Shown here: one piece after another, positions 36,430 to 46,763 of the stretch | Position numbering within the stretch: position 1 is the stretch's first letter | Layout: the number at the start of each line of letters is the position of its first letter | Assembly: GCA_046597065.1 (NCBI GenBank) | Contig: JBKJLI010000002.1 | Span: 52,071-116,070, forward strand | Source of the DNA: Candidatus Saccharimonadia bacterium | GTDB lineage: Bacteria > Patescibacteriota > Saccharimonadia > UBA4664 > SCTI01 | Length of the DNA: 64,000 nucleotides | Direction of reading: 5' to 3' | Notes under the pieces: model-generated | The model's input: the letters and a program-made list of their open reading frames with translations, nothing else | The model's database searches: none | Told to the model about the DNA's origin: nothing | Made by a program: the position numbers and the translations under genes

Positions 36430-38850
36430 ATGAACAAGTATGATCCCAAGGCTCTAGAGCCCAAGTGGCAGCAAATCTGGGCCGACACCAAGCTGTTCCA
36501 GGCTACCGAAAAGCCGGGCGCCGATAAACGTTATATTATCGACATGTTTCCCTACCCATCGGGCGTCGGTTTGCATGTGGGCCATGTGCGCAACTTTTCG
36601 ATCAGTGACACCTTTGCGCTGTATCAGCGGCAGTTGGGCAAGAACGTTATCCGCACGGTTGGGTTTGATGCCTTTGGTTTGCCCACCGAAAACTACGCCA
36701 TTAAAACTGGTATTTCGCCGCAGCAAGCCACAACCGATCAGGTAAAGGTATTTAAGGGCCAGCTAGAACGGTTAGGCATGAGTTACGACTGGGAGCGCGA
36801 GGTGCTAACCAGCGATCCAAAGTACTACCGCTGGACGCAGTGGATCTTTTTACAGCTGCTAAATAAAAAACTGGCCTACCAAAAAGAGAACTTACAATGG
36901 TGGTGCGAGCATGACCAAACGGTACTGGCCGATGAGCAGGTGGTAAATGGTCGGTGCTGGCGCTGCGAAAACCCGGTTGTTAAAAAATCATTAAAGCAGT
37001 GGTTCTTTAAGATTACCGACTATGCCGATGAGCTGCTTGAGGGCTTGGAAGATCTAGACTGGCCGGAAAAGATTAAATCTCAACAGCGCAACTGGATTGG
37101 TCGCAGCGTTGGGGCTGAGATTAAGTTTGCGGTTGATGGTTCGGAAGCTGAGATAAGTGTTTTCACAACTCGGGTGGATACGCTGTTCGGCGCGACCTTT
37201 ATGGCGCTGGCACCCGAGCATGAGCTGGTTCAGAAGCTGACTACCGCCGATTATAAATCTGAGGTTGAGGCCTACGTTAAATCTACTGATGCCAAGACCG
37301 AGATTGAGCGGATGAGTACCGATCGTGAAAAAACCGGGGTGTTTACTGGCGCTTATGCTGTTAATCCCGCTACCAAAGCCAAAATTCCGATCTGGGTGGC
37401 CGACTACGTGCTGGCCGGTTACGGTAGTGGCGCGGTGATGGCGGTGCCGGCTCATGACGCTCGCGACCACGAGTTTGCGACCAAGTTTAAGCTGCCAATT
37501 CGCAAGGTGGTCGAGTCAGAGGAAGAGAATTACCTCGGCGAGGGCCCATTGGTTAGCTCTGGGGAGTTTTCTGGAAAGCAATCATCTGAGGCCCGCGAAT
37601 CAATGACCAAAGCCTTTGGCGCCGAGCGCGTTAACTACAAAATGCGCGATTGGCTAATAAGCCGCCAGCGTTATTGGGGCGCGCCGATCCCAGTAGTTCA
37701 CTGTAAAAACTGCGGTGTTGTTCCGGTGCCCGAAGATCAGCTACCGGTTGAGCTGCCACCGCTGGAGTCTTACGAGCCGGCCGGCGATGGCCGCTCGGCG
37801 CTGGCGCGGGCCACGGACTGGCTGCACGTTGACTGCCCCAAGTGCGGTGGCAAGGCCGAACGCGAAACCGACACCATGGATGGCTACGCTTGCAGTAGTT
37901 GGTACTTTTTGCGCTATCTTGATCCGCACAACTCCAACGAGGCATTTAATAAGCAGATTGCAGACTATTGGATGCCGGTGGATATCTACGTTGGTGCCGA
38001 CCACGCGGTTGCCCATTTACTGTATGCCCGTTTTTGGACCAAGTTCTTTGCCGATCAAGGCTTGCTAAGCGTGCGCGAGCCGTTTAAGGGGCTGCGCTAT
38101 AATGGCTACATTTTGGCTCCAGACGGGACAAAAATGAGTAAGTCTAAGGGCAATGTGGTCGACCCACTCGATTTGATTAACCAGGGTTACGGCGCCGACG
38201 CTTTGCGACTTTATGAGCTGTTTATCGGTCCATACGAACAAAACATTAACTGGAACCCAACCGGCATTGATGGCACCAAGCGCTTTATAAACCGAGTGTT
38301 TGCGCTAGTTCAAGATCACTTGGCGGCTCAGGGCGCTAGTTCGACTACAATCCCCACTCTCGAAACTGCCTTAGCGCAAACGGTGCATCGGGTCACAAAG
38401 AAAGTGACTATCGACCTAGAGTCTTTTACCTTAAACACCCCGATCGCGGCCATGATGGAGGCGGTTAATGAAATGTACAAACTTAAAGTCGACCTACCGC
38501 TTGGCAGTGAGGCCTGGGAACGGGCGTTGCGCCAACTCGTCCAAATCCTAGCTCCATTCGCCCCACACGTTACCGAGGAGCTATGGCAGCAGCTTGGTGG
38601 CGAGGGCAGCGTGCACGTAGCAGCATGGCCAAAATGGGATGATCAATTGGTGAAAGAAGAACTGGTTACGGTCGTCGTCCAGGTAAACGGTAAGGTCCGT
38701 GCAACTCTGGAACTGCTGGCAGGTGCAAGCGAAGAGGATGCGACGAAAGCCGCTCACGCGAATGAAAATGTTAAGAATATGCTCCAGGGTAAAAAAATCG
38801 TCAAGACAATTTATGTTAAGGATAGAATTTTAAACTTGGTGATCAAGTAA
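36430..38850 (+). CDS. leuS: Leucyl-tRNA synthetase
   Basis: PYPSGVGLHVGHVRN (HIGH) and KMSKSKGN. Extended -10 TGGTACAAT 10 nt before the ATG. Confidence 0.95.
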   Translation: MNKYDPKALEPKWQQIWADTKLFQATEKPGADKRYIIDMFPYPSGVGLHVGHVRNFSISDTFALYQRQLGKNVIRTVGFDAFGLPTENYAIKTGISPQQATTDQVKVFKGQLERLGMSYDWEREVLTSDPKYYRWTQWIFLQLLNKKLAYQKENLQWWCEHDQTVLADEQVVNGRCWRCENPVVKKSLKQWFFKITDYADELLEGLEDLDWPEKIKSQQRNWIGRSVGAEIKFAVDGSEAEISVFTTRVDTLFGATFMALAPEHELVQKLTTADYKSEVEAYVKSTDAKTEIERMSTDREKTGVFTGAYAVNPATKAKIPIWVADYVLAGYGSGAVMAVPAHDARDHEFATKFKLPIRKVVESEEENYLGEGPLVSSGEFSGKQSSEARESMTKAFGAERVNYKMRDWLISRQRYWGAPIPVVHCKNCGVVPVPEDQLPVELPPLESYEPAGDGRSALARATDWLHVDCPKCGGKAERETDTMDGYACSSWYFLRYLDPHNSNEAFNKQIADYWMPVDIYVGADHAVAHLLYARFWTKFFADQGLLSVREPFKGLRYNGYILAPDGTKMSKSKGNVVDPLDLINQGYGADALRLYELFIGPYEQNINWNPTGIDGTKRFINRVFALVQDHLAAQGASSTTIPTLETALAQTVHRVTKKVTIDLESFTLNTPIAAMMEAVNEMYKLKVDLPLGSEAWERALRQLVQILAPFAPHVTEELWQQLGGEGSVHVAAWPKWDDQLVKEELVTVVVQVNGKVRATLELLAGASEEDATKAAHANENVKNMLQGKKIVKTIYVKDRILNLVIK

Positions 38851-38899
38851 CGGCTTGTAAACCAGATCAAAATCGGGTATAGTCGGGCCTAAGAGTGCA

Positions 38900-39325
38900 A
38901 TGCAAATCGACATCAACCATCTATTAAGAGCCGAGACGGGCGTACGTGATACTTACGAGATTGACGGCGAGCGTCCGGATCTAGAGGATGTGGTGTTGAA
39001 AGCTCCGATCACCGGATCGATCACCGTTATGCGGACGCGAGATGGTATCGAGATGAACGGCCGTTTAAGCGCGACCGTTGAAATAGAGTGTGATCGTTGT
39101 TTGCGCCCTTTCGAGTATCAGCTCGAATATCCTCTGGCGGCTTGTTTTGCTGAAAAGCCGGATGAGGATCAGTTTGCGATTGATCGTTACGGCAAAATCA
39201 ACATTGATGAGGCCGTTCGCCAAGACTTACTGGTTCGACTGCCCCAGCAACGGCTTTGCCAAGAAGACTGTAAGGGCATAGAATTAACTAACCAGCAGCA
39301 TAAGGAAACTCATGGCCGTACCTAA
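38900..39325 (+). CDS. YceD/DUF177 family protein (large-subunit rRNA accumulation protein)
   Basis: CxxC...CxxC pattern; conserved position upstream of rpmF. Confidence 0.8.
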   Translation: MQIDINHLLRAETGVRDTYEIDGERPDLEDVVLKAPITGSITVMRTRDGIEMNGRLSATVEIECDRCLRPFEYQLEYPLAACFAEKPDEDQFAIDRYGKINIDEAVRQDLLVRLPQQRLCQEDCKGIELTNQQHKETHGRT

Positions 39326-39482
39326 GAAACGTACTTCTAAGACCCGTAAGGGCAATCGTCGTAGCCACGACGCAATTACCGCACCACACTTACAAACCGC
39401 CAGCGATGGTATATTAGCTCCTCGCCGCCTGCACAAGGCAATCAGTTTGGGGCTGACTAAATTTGTGCGTAAGGGCCGCTAA
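39312..39482 (+). CDS. rpmF: 50S ribosomal protein L32 (56 aa), not in the ORF track
   Basis: Translation MAVPKKRTSKTRKGNRRSHDAITAPHLQTASDGILAPRRLHKAISLGLTKFVRKGR. Confidence 0.85.
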   Translation: MAVPKKRTSKTRKGNRRSHDAITAPHLQTASDGILAPRRLHKAISLGLTKFVRKGR

Positions 39483-39485
39483 ACA

Positions 39486-39944
39486 ATGGCCTCAAATCGT
39501 CATCTTGGGCGGATAGTGGCGATGCAGACACTTTATGAGTATGACTTTCGTGAAGAGGCCGATGCCGATTTGGACAAAAAGGTGGTACTAGATCGAAACC
39601 TAGGCGAGTTCGATGATGCCATTGATGATAAGAACTTTGTTCATGATTTGGTTTCGGGCGTCGAAGAGCACCAAAAAGCGATTGACGGTATTATTGCACC
39701 AGCAGCACCGGATTGGCCGGTTGACCAGATTGCCAAGATCGATAAGGTGATTTTACGCATCGGTGTCTATGAGCTGTTAATTAAGCGTGATGTACCCCCA
39801 AAGGTAGCCATTAATGAGGCGGTTGAACTGGCCAAAGCCTTTGGTGGCGAGAACTCAAGTAAATTTATTAATGGTGTCTTAGGCACCGTATATCGTGGAA
39901 GTGATGTCTACCAACCAGAAGAAGAAACGCAAAAGTCCGCCTAA
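39486..39944 (+). CDS. nusB: Transcription antitermination factor NusB
   Basis: [10 protein letters not shown]...[10 protein letters not shown] NusB-like motifs. Confidence 0.75.
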   Translation: MASNRHLGRIVAMQTLYEYDFREEADADLDKKVVLDRNLGEFDDAIDDKNFVHDLVSGVEEHQKAIDGIIAPAAPDWPVDQIAKIDKVILRIGVYELLIKRDVPPKVAINEAVELAKAFGGENSSKFINGVLGTVYRGSDVYQPEEETQKSA

Positions 39945-40389
39945 AGCCCCACGCACTAAAGCGGTAAAAGAGTTTACCGCTGGCGGTATGGTTTTTCGTC
40001 GTACCGGTACCGGCAGCATTGATATATTGATGATCCAGGATCGACTGGGGCGGTGGACGATACCTAAGGGCCACGTGGAAGAGGGTGAGAGCTTAGAGCA
40101 AACGGCAGTGCGTGAGGTGGGGGAGGAAACCGGGTTAACCAAACTAGCGATTAAGGACAAACTTGATAAGATTCACTTCTTTTATCGCAAAGAGGGCAAA
40201 CTTATTTACATGACTACGCACGTATTTTTAATCGAGGCACTGGGTGATACCAACGCATTGGTGCCCGAAAATAGTGAGGGGATTGTTGATGCTAAGTGGT
40301 TCCCATACGCCGAGGCGCTAAAGCTAATTGAGTATAAGGATACGGAGCGACTGTTTAATTTGGGTCTGGCCAAATTGGAGTTGTCATGA
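39895..40389 (+). CDS. NUDIX hydrolase
   Basis: Nudix box [22 protein letters not shown]. Confidence 0.8.
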   Translation: MEVMSTNQKKKRKSPPKAPRTKAVKEFTAGGMVFRRTGTGSIDILMIQDRLGRWTIPKGHVEEGESLEQTAVREVGEETGLTKLAIKDKLDKIHFFYRKEGKLIYMTTHVFLIEALGDTNALVPENSEGIVDAKWFPYAEALKLIEYKDTERLFNLGLAKLELS

Positions 40390-41096
40390 GCGAAATGGTT
40401 GAGACTTTAGATACAGATGTGTTAGCAACAGAGCTAGGCTTCGAATTTAATGATCCAATGATTTTACGCCAAGCCATGACCCACCGCTCTTATTTAAATG
40501 AACATCCTAAAACCGGGCTAGAACATAACGAGCGGCTGGAGTTTTTGGGCGATGCGGTGCTAGAGCTAGTCGTTACCGATTACTTGTATCGAAATTACCC
40601 CAATGCCGAAGGGGATTTAACCAACTGGCGCAGTGCTTTGGTAAAAACTGAGTCTTTGAGTGCGGTGGCTGAAAGACTCGATTTTGATCGGTTTCTAATG
40701 CTGAGCAAAGGTGAAAGCAAAGGCAACGCTCGTAGCCGTGCATTAATTCATGCCAACTGTGTAGAGGCAACCATCGGCGCAATTTATATGGATCAAGGTT
40801 ATGAAGCTGCAAAAAAGTTTGTCACCAACCACATCATCAGCACTCTACCGACTATCTTAAAGGATGGAACTTGGGTTGATCCTAAAAGTCGATTTCAAGA
40901 AGTGGCTCAAGAACAAGAAGGCCACACGCCACACTATCGGGTACTCGAAGAAACCGGACCAGATCATGATAAAATATTTATAGTGGGTGTGTACGTGGGC
41001 GAGCGTCTGTATGGTAAGGGGCAAGGCTCCAGCAAGCAGGCCGCCCAGCAACAGGCTGCTGCCGTTGCTTTGAAAAGCCTCAAGCCATCCAAATAG
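40386..41096 (+). CDS. rnc: Ribonuclease III
   Basis: ERLEFLGDAVL signature; C-terminal dsRBD. Confidence 0.9.
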   Translation: MSEMVETLDTDVLATELGFEFNDPMILRQAMTHRSYLNEHPKTGLEHNERLEFLGDAVLELVVTDYLYRNYPNAEGDLTNWRSALVKTESLSAVAERLDFDRFLMLSKGESKGNARSRALIHANCVEATIGAIYMDQGYEAAKKFVTNHIISTLPTILKDGTWVDPKSRFQEVAQEQEGHTPHYRVLEETGPDHDKIFIVGVYVGERLYGKGQGSSKQAAQQQAAAVALKSLKPSK

Positions 41097-41190
41097 TCTA
41101 ATACTTGCTAAGCGTAAGCGCTTTGTGGTATTACAGAGTTGCAAGACGGCTACATGCCGACCCCGTGTACATCGAAAGAAAGGTGTCACC

Positions 41191-41907
41191 ATGCCCGAAT
41201 ATCGCCGTTTGGTGGTTGTTGCGGGCACCGGTGTGCCTCCTATAGCTGCCCCACTGCTTTACAGGCAGTTTGCCCGGCTGTCGCCAGTTTCAAAGGTGTT
41301 TGCTTTGCCCCGGCTGGGGCTTGGCCATAGTCATGATGCCGCGCTTGATCTGGCTCCGCGAATCCATGAGTATCTGGCGGGTGAAGGCGACGTACTGGGT
41401 GATTCCCAGGGTGGCTACCCGGCTATCAACTATGCCTACAACCACCCCGATGAGGTCCGCCATCTAGTGTTGCTGTCGGTACCGCTAGATGGAACCGGTG
41501 CGGCTCGAATCATTGATACCGCCGGTACGCGCTGTATGCGCCCTGGTAGCCGCTATATCGACAAGATTCGTGGTATGGCTAAGGAGCTGGCCGAGTATCA
41601 GGGCGGCCCCAGGATCATCTGTATCTCCAGTGGCCATGACTACCTGGTGCCCTGGGAATCGGCGTTTTTGCACGCGCACGCCGATAACCCGAGAGTTGTA
41701 AACATTTGCGTGGGGCATTCCGGTACAAAGCCGCCTCATCCGTCGGTTCGGGTCGTGCCAGTTAGGTACGGCGCCGTTCACATGCACCTCTCGGAAGTTT
41801 TTCTACGCGGCACCAGCGGCGTGGTGGCGGTTGAGCTCGGTTATGCCGCCCCAGTGGCCGACGCAAGCTTCGATCTGACCGCCAAGCCAGAACTGGTGCC
41901 GGCGTAA
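41191..41907 (+). CDS. Alpha/beta-hydrolase (GDSQGG nucleophile motif), high GC; start taken at the SD-preceded ATG
   Basis: GxSxG motif GDSQGG; later Asp and His. GC is clearly above the flanks. A terminator hairpin follows at 41913-41965. Confidence 0.7.
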   Translation: MPEYRRLVVVAGTGVPPIAAPLLYRQFARLSPVSKVFALPRLGLGHSHDAALDLAPRIHEYLAGEGDVLGDSQGGYPAINYAYNHPDEVRHLVLLSVPLDGTGAARIIDTAGTRCMRPGSRYIDKIRGMAKELAEYQGGPRIICISSGHDYLVPWESAFLHAHADNPRVVNICVGHSGTKPPHPSVRVVPVRYGAVHMHLSEVFLRGTSGVVAVELGYAAPVADASFDLTAKPELVPA

Positions 41908-41968
41908 GGATCAAAGGGTTCCCTTTCTGGCATGGATGCTAGGAAGGGAACTTTTGCTTTTCACCTGG

Positions 41969-41997
41969 TTGACAGATAAGGCCAAAATCGGTAAAAT
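41969..41997 (+). promoter_or_regulatory. Sigma70-like promoter TTGACA-17-TAAAAT for the rpsP operon
   Basis: Read directly from the sequence. Confidence 0.5.
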
Positions 41998-42031
41998 CTA
42001 ATCCGTTGCTTAAGAGATTTAATCTGAATTA

Positions 42032-42532
42032 ATGTTAGTTATTCGCCTGGCCCGTGGTGGTCGAACCAAATATCCGGTATACCGCATTGTTGCGGCTGAG
42101 TCTTCACGTGCATCGACCGGTAAGTTTGTCGAGATTCTAGGTCAGTACAACCCCCATACTAAGGAATTATCACTTGATAAAGAGCAGATTGCCCGTCGAC
42201 TGGGTCATGGTGCTCAGCCATCAAATTCGGTGGCCAAGCTTTTAAAGCGTGAAGGCGTTAAGTTGCCTGAATGGGTAAAGCTAGAAACCAAGAATAAGGC
42301 CCCTAAAAAGGAGCCGGTTGTTAAGGAAGCAGCGCCGGTAGCAGCAGAAGCATCTACCGAAGAGCCAGTTGCTGAAGAAGTAGCAGAGGCACCGGCCGAA
42401 GAAACTGTAGTTGAATCACCTGCCCAAGAACGAGTAGCCGAGGTCGCTACCGAAAACGCCGCCGAGGTGGCTGAAAACGCTGAACCACCAGCCGAGGATC
42501 AGCCTGCTACCGAGACCACCGAAGCCGCCTAG
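42032..42532 (+). CDS. rpsP: 30S ribosomal protein S16 with an Ala/Glu/Pro-rich C-terminal extension
   Basis: MLVIRLARGGRTKYPVYRIVAAESSRASTGKFVEILGQYNP. Confidence 0.9.
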   Translation: MLVIRLARGGRTKYPVYRIVAAESSRASTGKFVEILGQYNPHTKELSLDKEQIARRLGHGAQPSNSVAKLLKREGVKLPEWVKLETKNKAPKKEPVVKEAAPVAAEASTEEPVAEEVAEAPAEETVVESPAQERVAEVATENAAEVAENAEPPAEDQPATETTEAA

Positions 42533-42596
42533 CATTTTGCTCGCGCCCTCGACCCAAAGTACGCTATTATATCCACAACAGTAACGGCGAGGCAAT

Positions 42597-43031
42597 ATGG
42601 CAGATTTACGCGAAGATTTTGTTAATTATGTGGTAAAGGCGCTGGTAACCAAACCAGATGCAGTAGTTTTAAAAAGAGTCGAAGACGATAAGGGTGAGTA
42701 TCTAGAGCTTACCGTTGATTCGGCCGACATGGGTAAGGTAATTGGTAAGGCTGGCGCAACCGCAAAAAGCTTGCGTACCTTGCTGCGCGGTGTTGGAGCA
42801 AAAGAGGACTTACCTCCATTGCCAATCAAAATTGTTGATCCTGAGGGCAGCGATTTTAAAAAGCCGGTAAAAGATGAACAAGTGGCTGAGCAAGCAGCCG
42901 ATGACGTTGATGCTGCACCCGAGCCAGAGGATGCCCCCAAGGCTGTGGTAGTGCCGGAGGCCGACGATCACAACGAGCTTCATGAACGAACCAAGCGCGA
43001 GGCCGAGGAGTTGGCCGACCTCGAGCTTTAA
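42597..43031 (+). CDS. KH-domain RNA-binding protein (YlqC/UPF0109-like) with an acidic C-terminal tail
   Basis: VIGKAGATAKSLRTLL KH motif; conserved rpsP-KH-trmD context. rimM is absent. Confidence 0.8.
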   Translation: MADLREDFVNYVVKALVTKPDAVVLKRVEDDKGEYLELTVDSADMGKVIGKAGATAKSLRTLLRGVGAKEDLPPLPIKIVDPEGSDFKKPVKDEQVAEQAADDVDAAPEPEDAPKAVVVPEADDHNELHERTKREAEELADLEL

Positions 43032-43046
43032 GCGACAACTGCGAAT

Positions 43047-43721
43047 ATGAGAATAGACATAATCACCTTGTTCCCCGACATGTTCAAGGGCCCGTTCGAT
43101 ATGAGTATGCTGTGGAAGGCTCAAGACAAGGGGCTGGTTAAATTAGCCTTTCATGATTTACGCGATTTTGGCTTAACCGAACGTCGAACGGTTGATGATA
43201 AGCCTTATGGCGGTGGTGACGGCATGCTCTTAAAGGTTGATGTGGTAGTGGCGGCTATCGAGCACGCAAGAAAGCTTAACCCTAAGGCTACGGTAGTACT
43301 GTTATCACCGCAGGGCCCAAGGTTTGAGCAATCTAAAGCTGTTGAGTTATCCGGCCAACCGGGTTTGATTATGGTGGCTGGTCATTATGAAGGATTTGAT
43401 GAGCGGGTCGTAAAATATGCCGATTGCGAGCTGTCGATTGGAGATTATATATTAACCGGAGGCGAACTTGCTGCCATGGTAGTTATAGATGCCGTAGTGC
43501 GGTTACTACCGGGTGTGCTTGGGGGCGAGCAAAGCGCCCACATAGAATCGTTTAGTGATGAATTATTGGAATACCCACAATATACTCGGCCGGTTGAGTT
43601 CCGGGGCGATAAAGTACCCGATGTACTGCAAAACGGTAACCACGCCGACATTATGCGTTGGCGCAGCGAGCAGGCTCAAGTTAAGACCCGCCAAAACCGC
43701 CCTGATCTTATAAAAGAGTAG
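43047..43721 (+). CDS. trmD: tRNA (guanine37-N1)-methyltransferase
   Basis: MRIDIITLFPDMF...; SPOUT-fold motifs. Confidence 0.9.
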   Translation: MRIDIITLFPDMFKGPFDMSMLWKAQDKGLVKLAFHDLRDFGLTERRTVDDKPYGGGDGMLLKVDVVVAAIEHARKLNPKATVVLLSPQGPRFEQSKAVELSGQPGLIMVAGHYEGFDERVVKYADCELSIGDYILTGGELAAMVVIDAVVRLLPGVLGGEQSAHIESFSDELLEYPQYTRPVEFRGDKVPDVLQNGNHADIMRWRSEQAQVKTRQNRPDLIKE

Positions 43722-43724
43722 TTA

Positions 43725-44828
43725 TTACTGCAAGGATTGGAATATTTGCTGGCTAGCGTTTGTAAATGCCTGTGGTGCACTGCCTAGGTTTCCCCAAGGT
43801 CCACTCATTATCGAGACCACATAGGCACCCTTGGGGCCATAGACAATACCGGCGTCGTGAACCAAGCCGTTTAAGTCGCCGGTTTTATGGGCAATGCTAG
43901 TACCGGCGGGAAGCCCGGTTGGTAATCGATCATTAACTATTTGAGCTTTTAATAAGCCAATAAAATTAGTGGTACTGTTTGGGCTTAAGGCGGTGCCTTC
44001 GTATAACTTTTTAAGCAGAAGAGCAACGTCGCTGGCGCTGGTAATTTCGTTGCTATGGGCTTGTAAGCTAGTGTGAGCATAACCGCTAGTACGCAAGGCA
44101 GCATTTTGGCGCTCCCAGCCAACCAAGGTTCCTAATGCCTCGCCACAGGTGTTATCTGAAACCGTGATCATAGTATTAAGGCAATCAGCTACATTTTTTC
44201 CGGTTCCGGGAACGGCCGAACCATAGGTTAGCTTACCGCTATCGATCGCGCGGTAAACCGACTCGGCCACAAACAGTTTGTATAAACTAGCGCTTATCAT
44301 GGGGGCGTCGGCGTTACTGCTGGCAGTTGCCCCAGATGCAAGATCGTAAACGCTGATGCTTACGGGCGCACCAAAGCTGGCGGCAATTTTGGTGATGCTC
44401 GACTGCAAACGGGTTTGAATAACCGATGCGTTACTTGTGGTGGTTTGATCTGCGGGTACGGTTGCGGCGGCTGCAACAGGAGTAGCTGTTTTGGCATTGG
44501 CTTTAACTGCCGACTGCCCTCGGACGTTATAAATAAATAACCCAACACCAATAGCAGCCACCAAAATGGTTGCCGCCATTAGGTAGCTTAAAATTGGGCG
44601 GCGAGCGGCCTCGTAAGTAGCGGCCTCAACTGCAGGTGCAAGTTGAGGCATAGTTATCGCCGCCGGAGTAATTGAGCTTTCGGCTTCAATAATCCTACGA
44701 ATACCATCAATAGCCATGACTGGTCTAGGCCGCTGTAAAGGCCGCACTAAACGCACTGGAATTATATGAACTCCAGCATCAACAGGTTGCACCAGACTCC
44801 GGCGCGAAATTCCATCAACCGCTAACAT
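43725..44828 (-). CDS. Class A beta-lactamase-like / serine hydrolase family protein, membrane anchored (start probably internal)
   Basis: SxxK (SLYK), SDN (VSDNT) and KTG (HKTGD) motifs; TM segment ILSYLMAATILVAAIGVGLFIY. Confidence 0.75.
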   Translation of the reverse strand: MLAVDGISRRSLVQPVDAGVHIIPVRLVRPLQRPRPVMAIDGIRRIIEAESSITPAAITMPQLAPAVEAATYEAARRPILSYLMAATILVAAIGVGLFIYNVRGQSAVKANAKTATPVAAAATVPADQTTTSNASVIQTRLQSSITKIAASFGAPVSISVYDLASGATASSNADAPMISASLYKLFVAESVYRAIDSGKLTYGSAVPGTGKNVADCLNTMITVSDNTCGEALGTLVGWERQNAALRTSGYAHTSLQAHSNEITSASDVALLLKKLYEGTALSPNSTTNFIGLLKAQIVNDRLPTGLPAGTSIAHKTGDLNGLVHDAGIVYGPKGAYVVSIMSGPWGNLGSAPQAFTNASQQIFQSLQ

Positions 44829-44912
44829 GCTTCTATTTAACCACTAGCGGGATACCTGGCGCAAACCTAGCTAAGCTATGTACAATGAAAGTAAGTTAAC
44901 GAGGCCCATATT

Positions 44913-45515
44913 ATGTTTACCGTTCCTGATCTAACATTCGACTTTGACGCTCTTGAACCGCATATCGATGCAAAAACCATGGAGATTCATCATGATAAGC
45001 ATCATGCGGCCTATGTGCAAAAACTTAATGATGCATTAGAGGGTTTTGATGACCTGCTTAAACTCGATGTTGCTGAGCTGTTAGTAAATAATCTCGAAAA
45101 GGTTCCTGAAGCCAGGCGGACTGCCGTTAAAAATAATGGCGGCGGCCACCTAAATCACACCATGTTTTGGACGCTGCTTAGCCCCAATGGAGGTGGTGAG
45201 CCAGATGGCGAACTTGCCGATGCCATCAATAAAGACTTTGGTAGCCTAGATGAGTTTAAAGCCAAGTTTAAAGAGGCAGCCGTGGGTCGATTTGGTAGTG
45301 GTTGGGCATGGCTATGTAAAGACTCCGATGGCCTTCACGTTTGCAGCACCGCCAATCAAGACAATCCACTATTGGATGGTCATACTCCCATCTTGGGATT
45401 AGACGTTTGGGAGCACGCCTACTACCTTAAATACGCCAATAAGCGCCCCGATTATGTAGATGCATTTTGGAATGTGGTCAACTGGGATGAAGTTGCCAAG
45501 CGTTTCGCGGCCTAG
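44913..45515 (+). CDS. sodA: Fe/Mn superoxide dismutase
   Basis: [14 protein letters not shown] motifs. Confidence 0.9.
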   Translation: MFTVPDLTFDFDALEPHIDAKTMEIHHDKHHAAYVQKLNDALEGFDDLLKLDVAELLVNNLEKVPEARRTAVKNNGGGHLNHTMFWTLLSPNGGGEPDGELADAINKDFGSLDEFKAKFKEAAVGRFGSGWAWLCKDSDGLHVCSTANQDNPLLDGHTPILGLDVWEHAYYLKYANKRPDYVDAFWNVVNWDEVAKRFAA

Positions 45516-45570
45516 CCAACTCCTTGAGGCGAGGGCGATAATTTGTTAACATAGCCAGGTTCAAATCTGA

Positions 45571-45645
45571 TGGGGCGTGGCCAAGTGGTAAGGCGCTTGA
45601 TTCTGGCTCAAGAGATCGTAGGTTCGAATCCTACCGCCCCAGCCA
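45571..45645 (+). tRNA. tRNA-Gln (anticodon CUG), U1-A72 start
   Basis: TGGGGCGTGGCCAAGTGGTAAGGCGCTTGATTCTGGCTCAAG...GGTTCGAATCCTACCGCCCCAGCCA. Confidence 0.85.
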
Positions 45646-45660
45646 TTGCACTTATGCTTA
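45643..45660 (+). repeat. Copy 3 of the CCATTGCACTTATGCTTA motif (overlaps the tRNA-Gln CCA end)
   Basis: Identical 16-17-mer to copies at 33088 and 33708. Confidence 0.8.
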
Positions 45661-45700
45661 AATAATGGCATCATCATAATGATATAAAGGGTAGATAGGT

Positions 45701-45991
45701 ATGCATCTGTACACAGGGACAATTGGACGTCTGGCTTTCCTCGCGGGCTATGTCGTATTTTTTGTATGTGCGGCTTTTGTGGCTTACTTAGTTAGAACCG
45801 TTGATCCATCATTTACGCCCTTAGCATTTATATTTGGACTCATTGCTGTTCCACTAGTCTTTTCTCTTCTTATTAGGCGCCTAAATGATATAAATATTTC
45901 GGGCTGGCTGGCGCTTTTAATTTTGATACCAGGCATTAATTTAATTTTCATTCTTGGGCTAATATTTTGGCCCGGCCAATCTTCAAATTAG
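45701..45991 (+). CDS. DUF805-family small inner-membrane protein
   Basis: RRLNDINISGWLALLILIPG motif; two TM segments. Confidence 0.65.
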   Translation: MHLYTGTIGRLAFLAGYVVFFVCAAFVAYLVRTVDPSFTPLAFIFGLIAVPLVFSLLIRRLNDINISGWLALLILIPGINLIFILGLIFWPGQSSN

Positions 45992-46154
45992 ATATATCAA
46001 TTTTATGATCAAGAATTAAATCAACGGCTAGTCTTTCCCTGATCGTAATCTCGACATCAAAATTTGCTAAGTCATAGCTTAAATTATTTGTTGAAATATT
46101 TACTAATAACTCGCGACTGCTCATTAATATAAATAATTGATATTATATGGGTAA

Positions 46155-46643
46155 GTGAAACAACCTGCGCAGCCTAAATATGTTTACGAATTGGCCGAAC
46201 CGGCTGGTAAGAATTTTGATTCAAAATTTAAGCCGGAATTAACGCCCAAGAAAATGCTTAAACTGGGTGTTTTTGGGGGCTCATATTTAAATGATAGTCA
46301 GGCTGAGTTTCCAGCAGACTGGTTTAGGGATGCTAGGCTCAGCGACCACGGCCCAGATGCAAAATACAACTATTATGAGGTAATTGCCAGCCAACCTTTG
46401 GCTATTTGGCAGCAAAAGGGCTGGATTCACCAAGCAGATCCCATCGGTTGGTTTCAGTGGTACTGTCGCTATTATTTGGGTCGAAGATTAGGGCAAGAAG
46501 ATCAGCGACAAATAAAGCGCTGGTATGCTATGCGTCGACATATTAGCCAGGTAAAAAAGAACTGTTTTAGCTGCGACCAGAATTGCCGCCCCAAGCAGCG
46601 CCAGGCATTACTTCAATGGGCTTATGACAGTAGGAAAATATAA
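46155..46643 (+). CDS. Hypothetical protein (162 aa, GTG start), Trp/Tyr/Cys-containing, AT-rich context upstream of the rhodopsin
   Basis: No motif recognised (GVFGGSYLND, GWFQWYCRYYLGRR, CFSCDQNC). Confidence 0.45.
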   Translation: MKQPAQPKYVYELAEPAGKNFDSKFKPELTPKKMLKLGVFGGSYLNDSQAEFPADWFRDARLSDHGPDAKYNYYEVIASQPLAIWQQKGWIHQADPIGWFQWYCRYYLGRRLGQEDQRQIKRWYAMRRHISQVKKNCFSCDQNCRPKQRQALLQWAYDSRKI

Positions 46644-46763
46644 TATAAGATTCTATTAATAAACAACGCCCAGCTCTGTTTCATGGGTTTTCTTAATCTA
46701 TTAATTTTACTTTAAAGATACCGCCCTAAACGGGAGTAACTGCAAGTCTGATACAATATTTTT

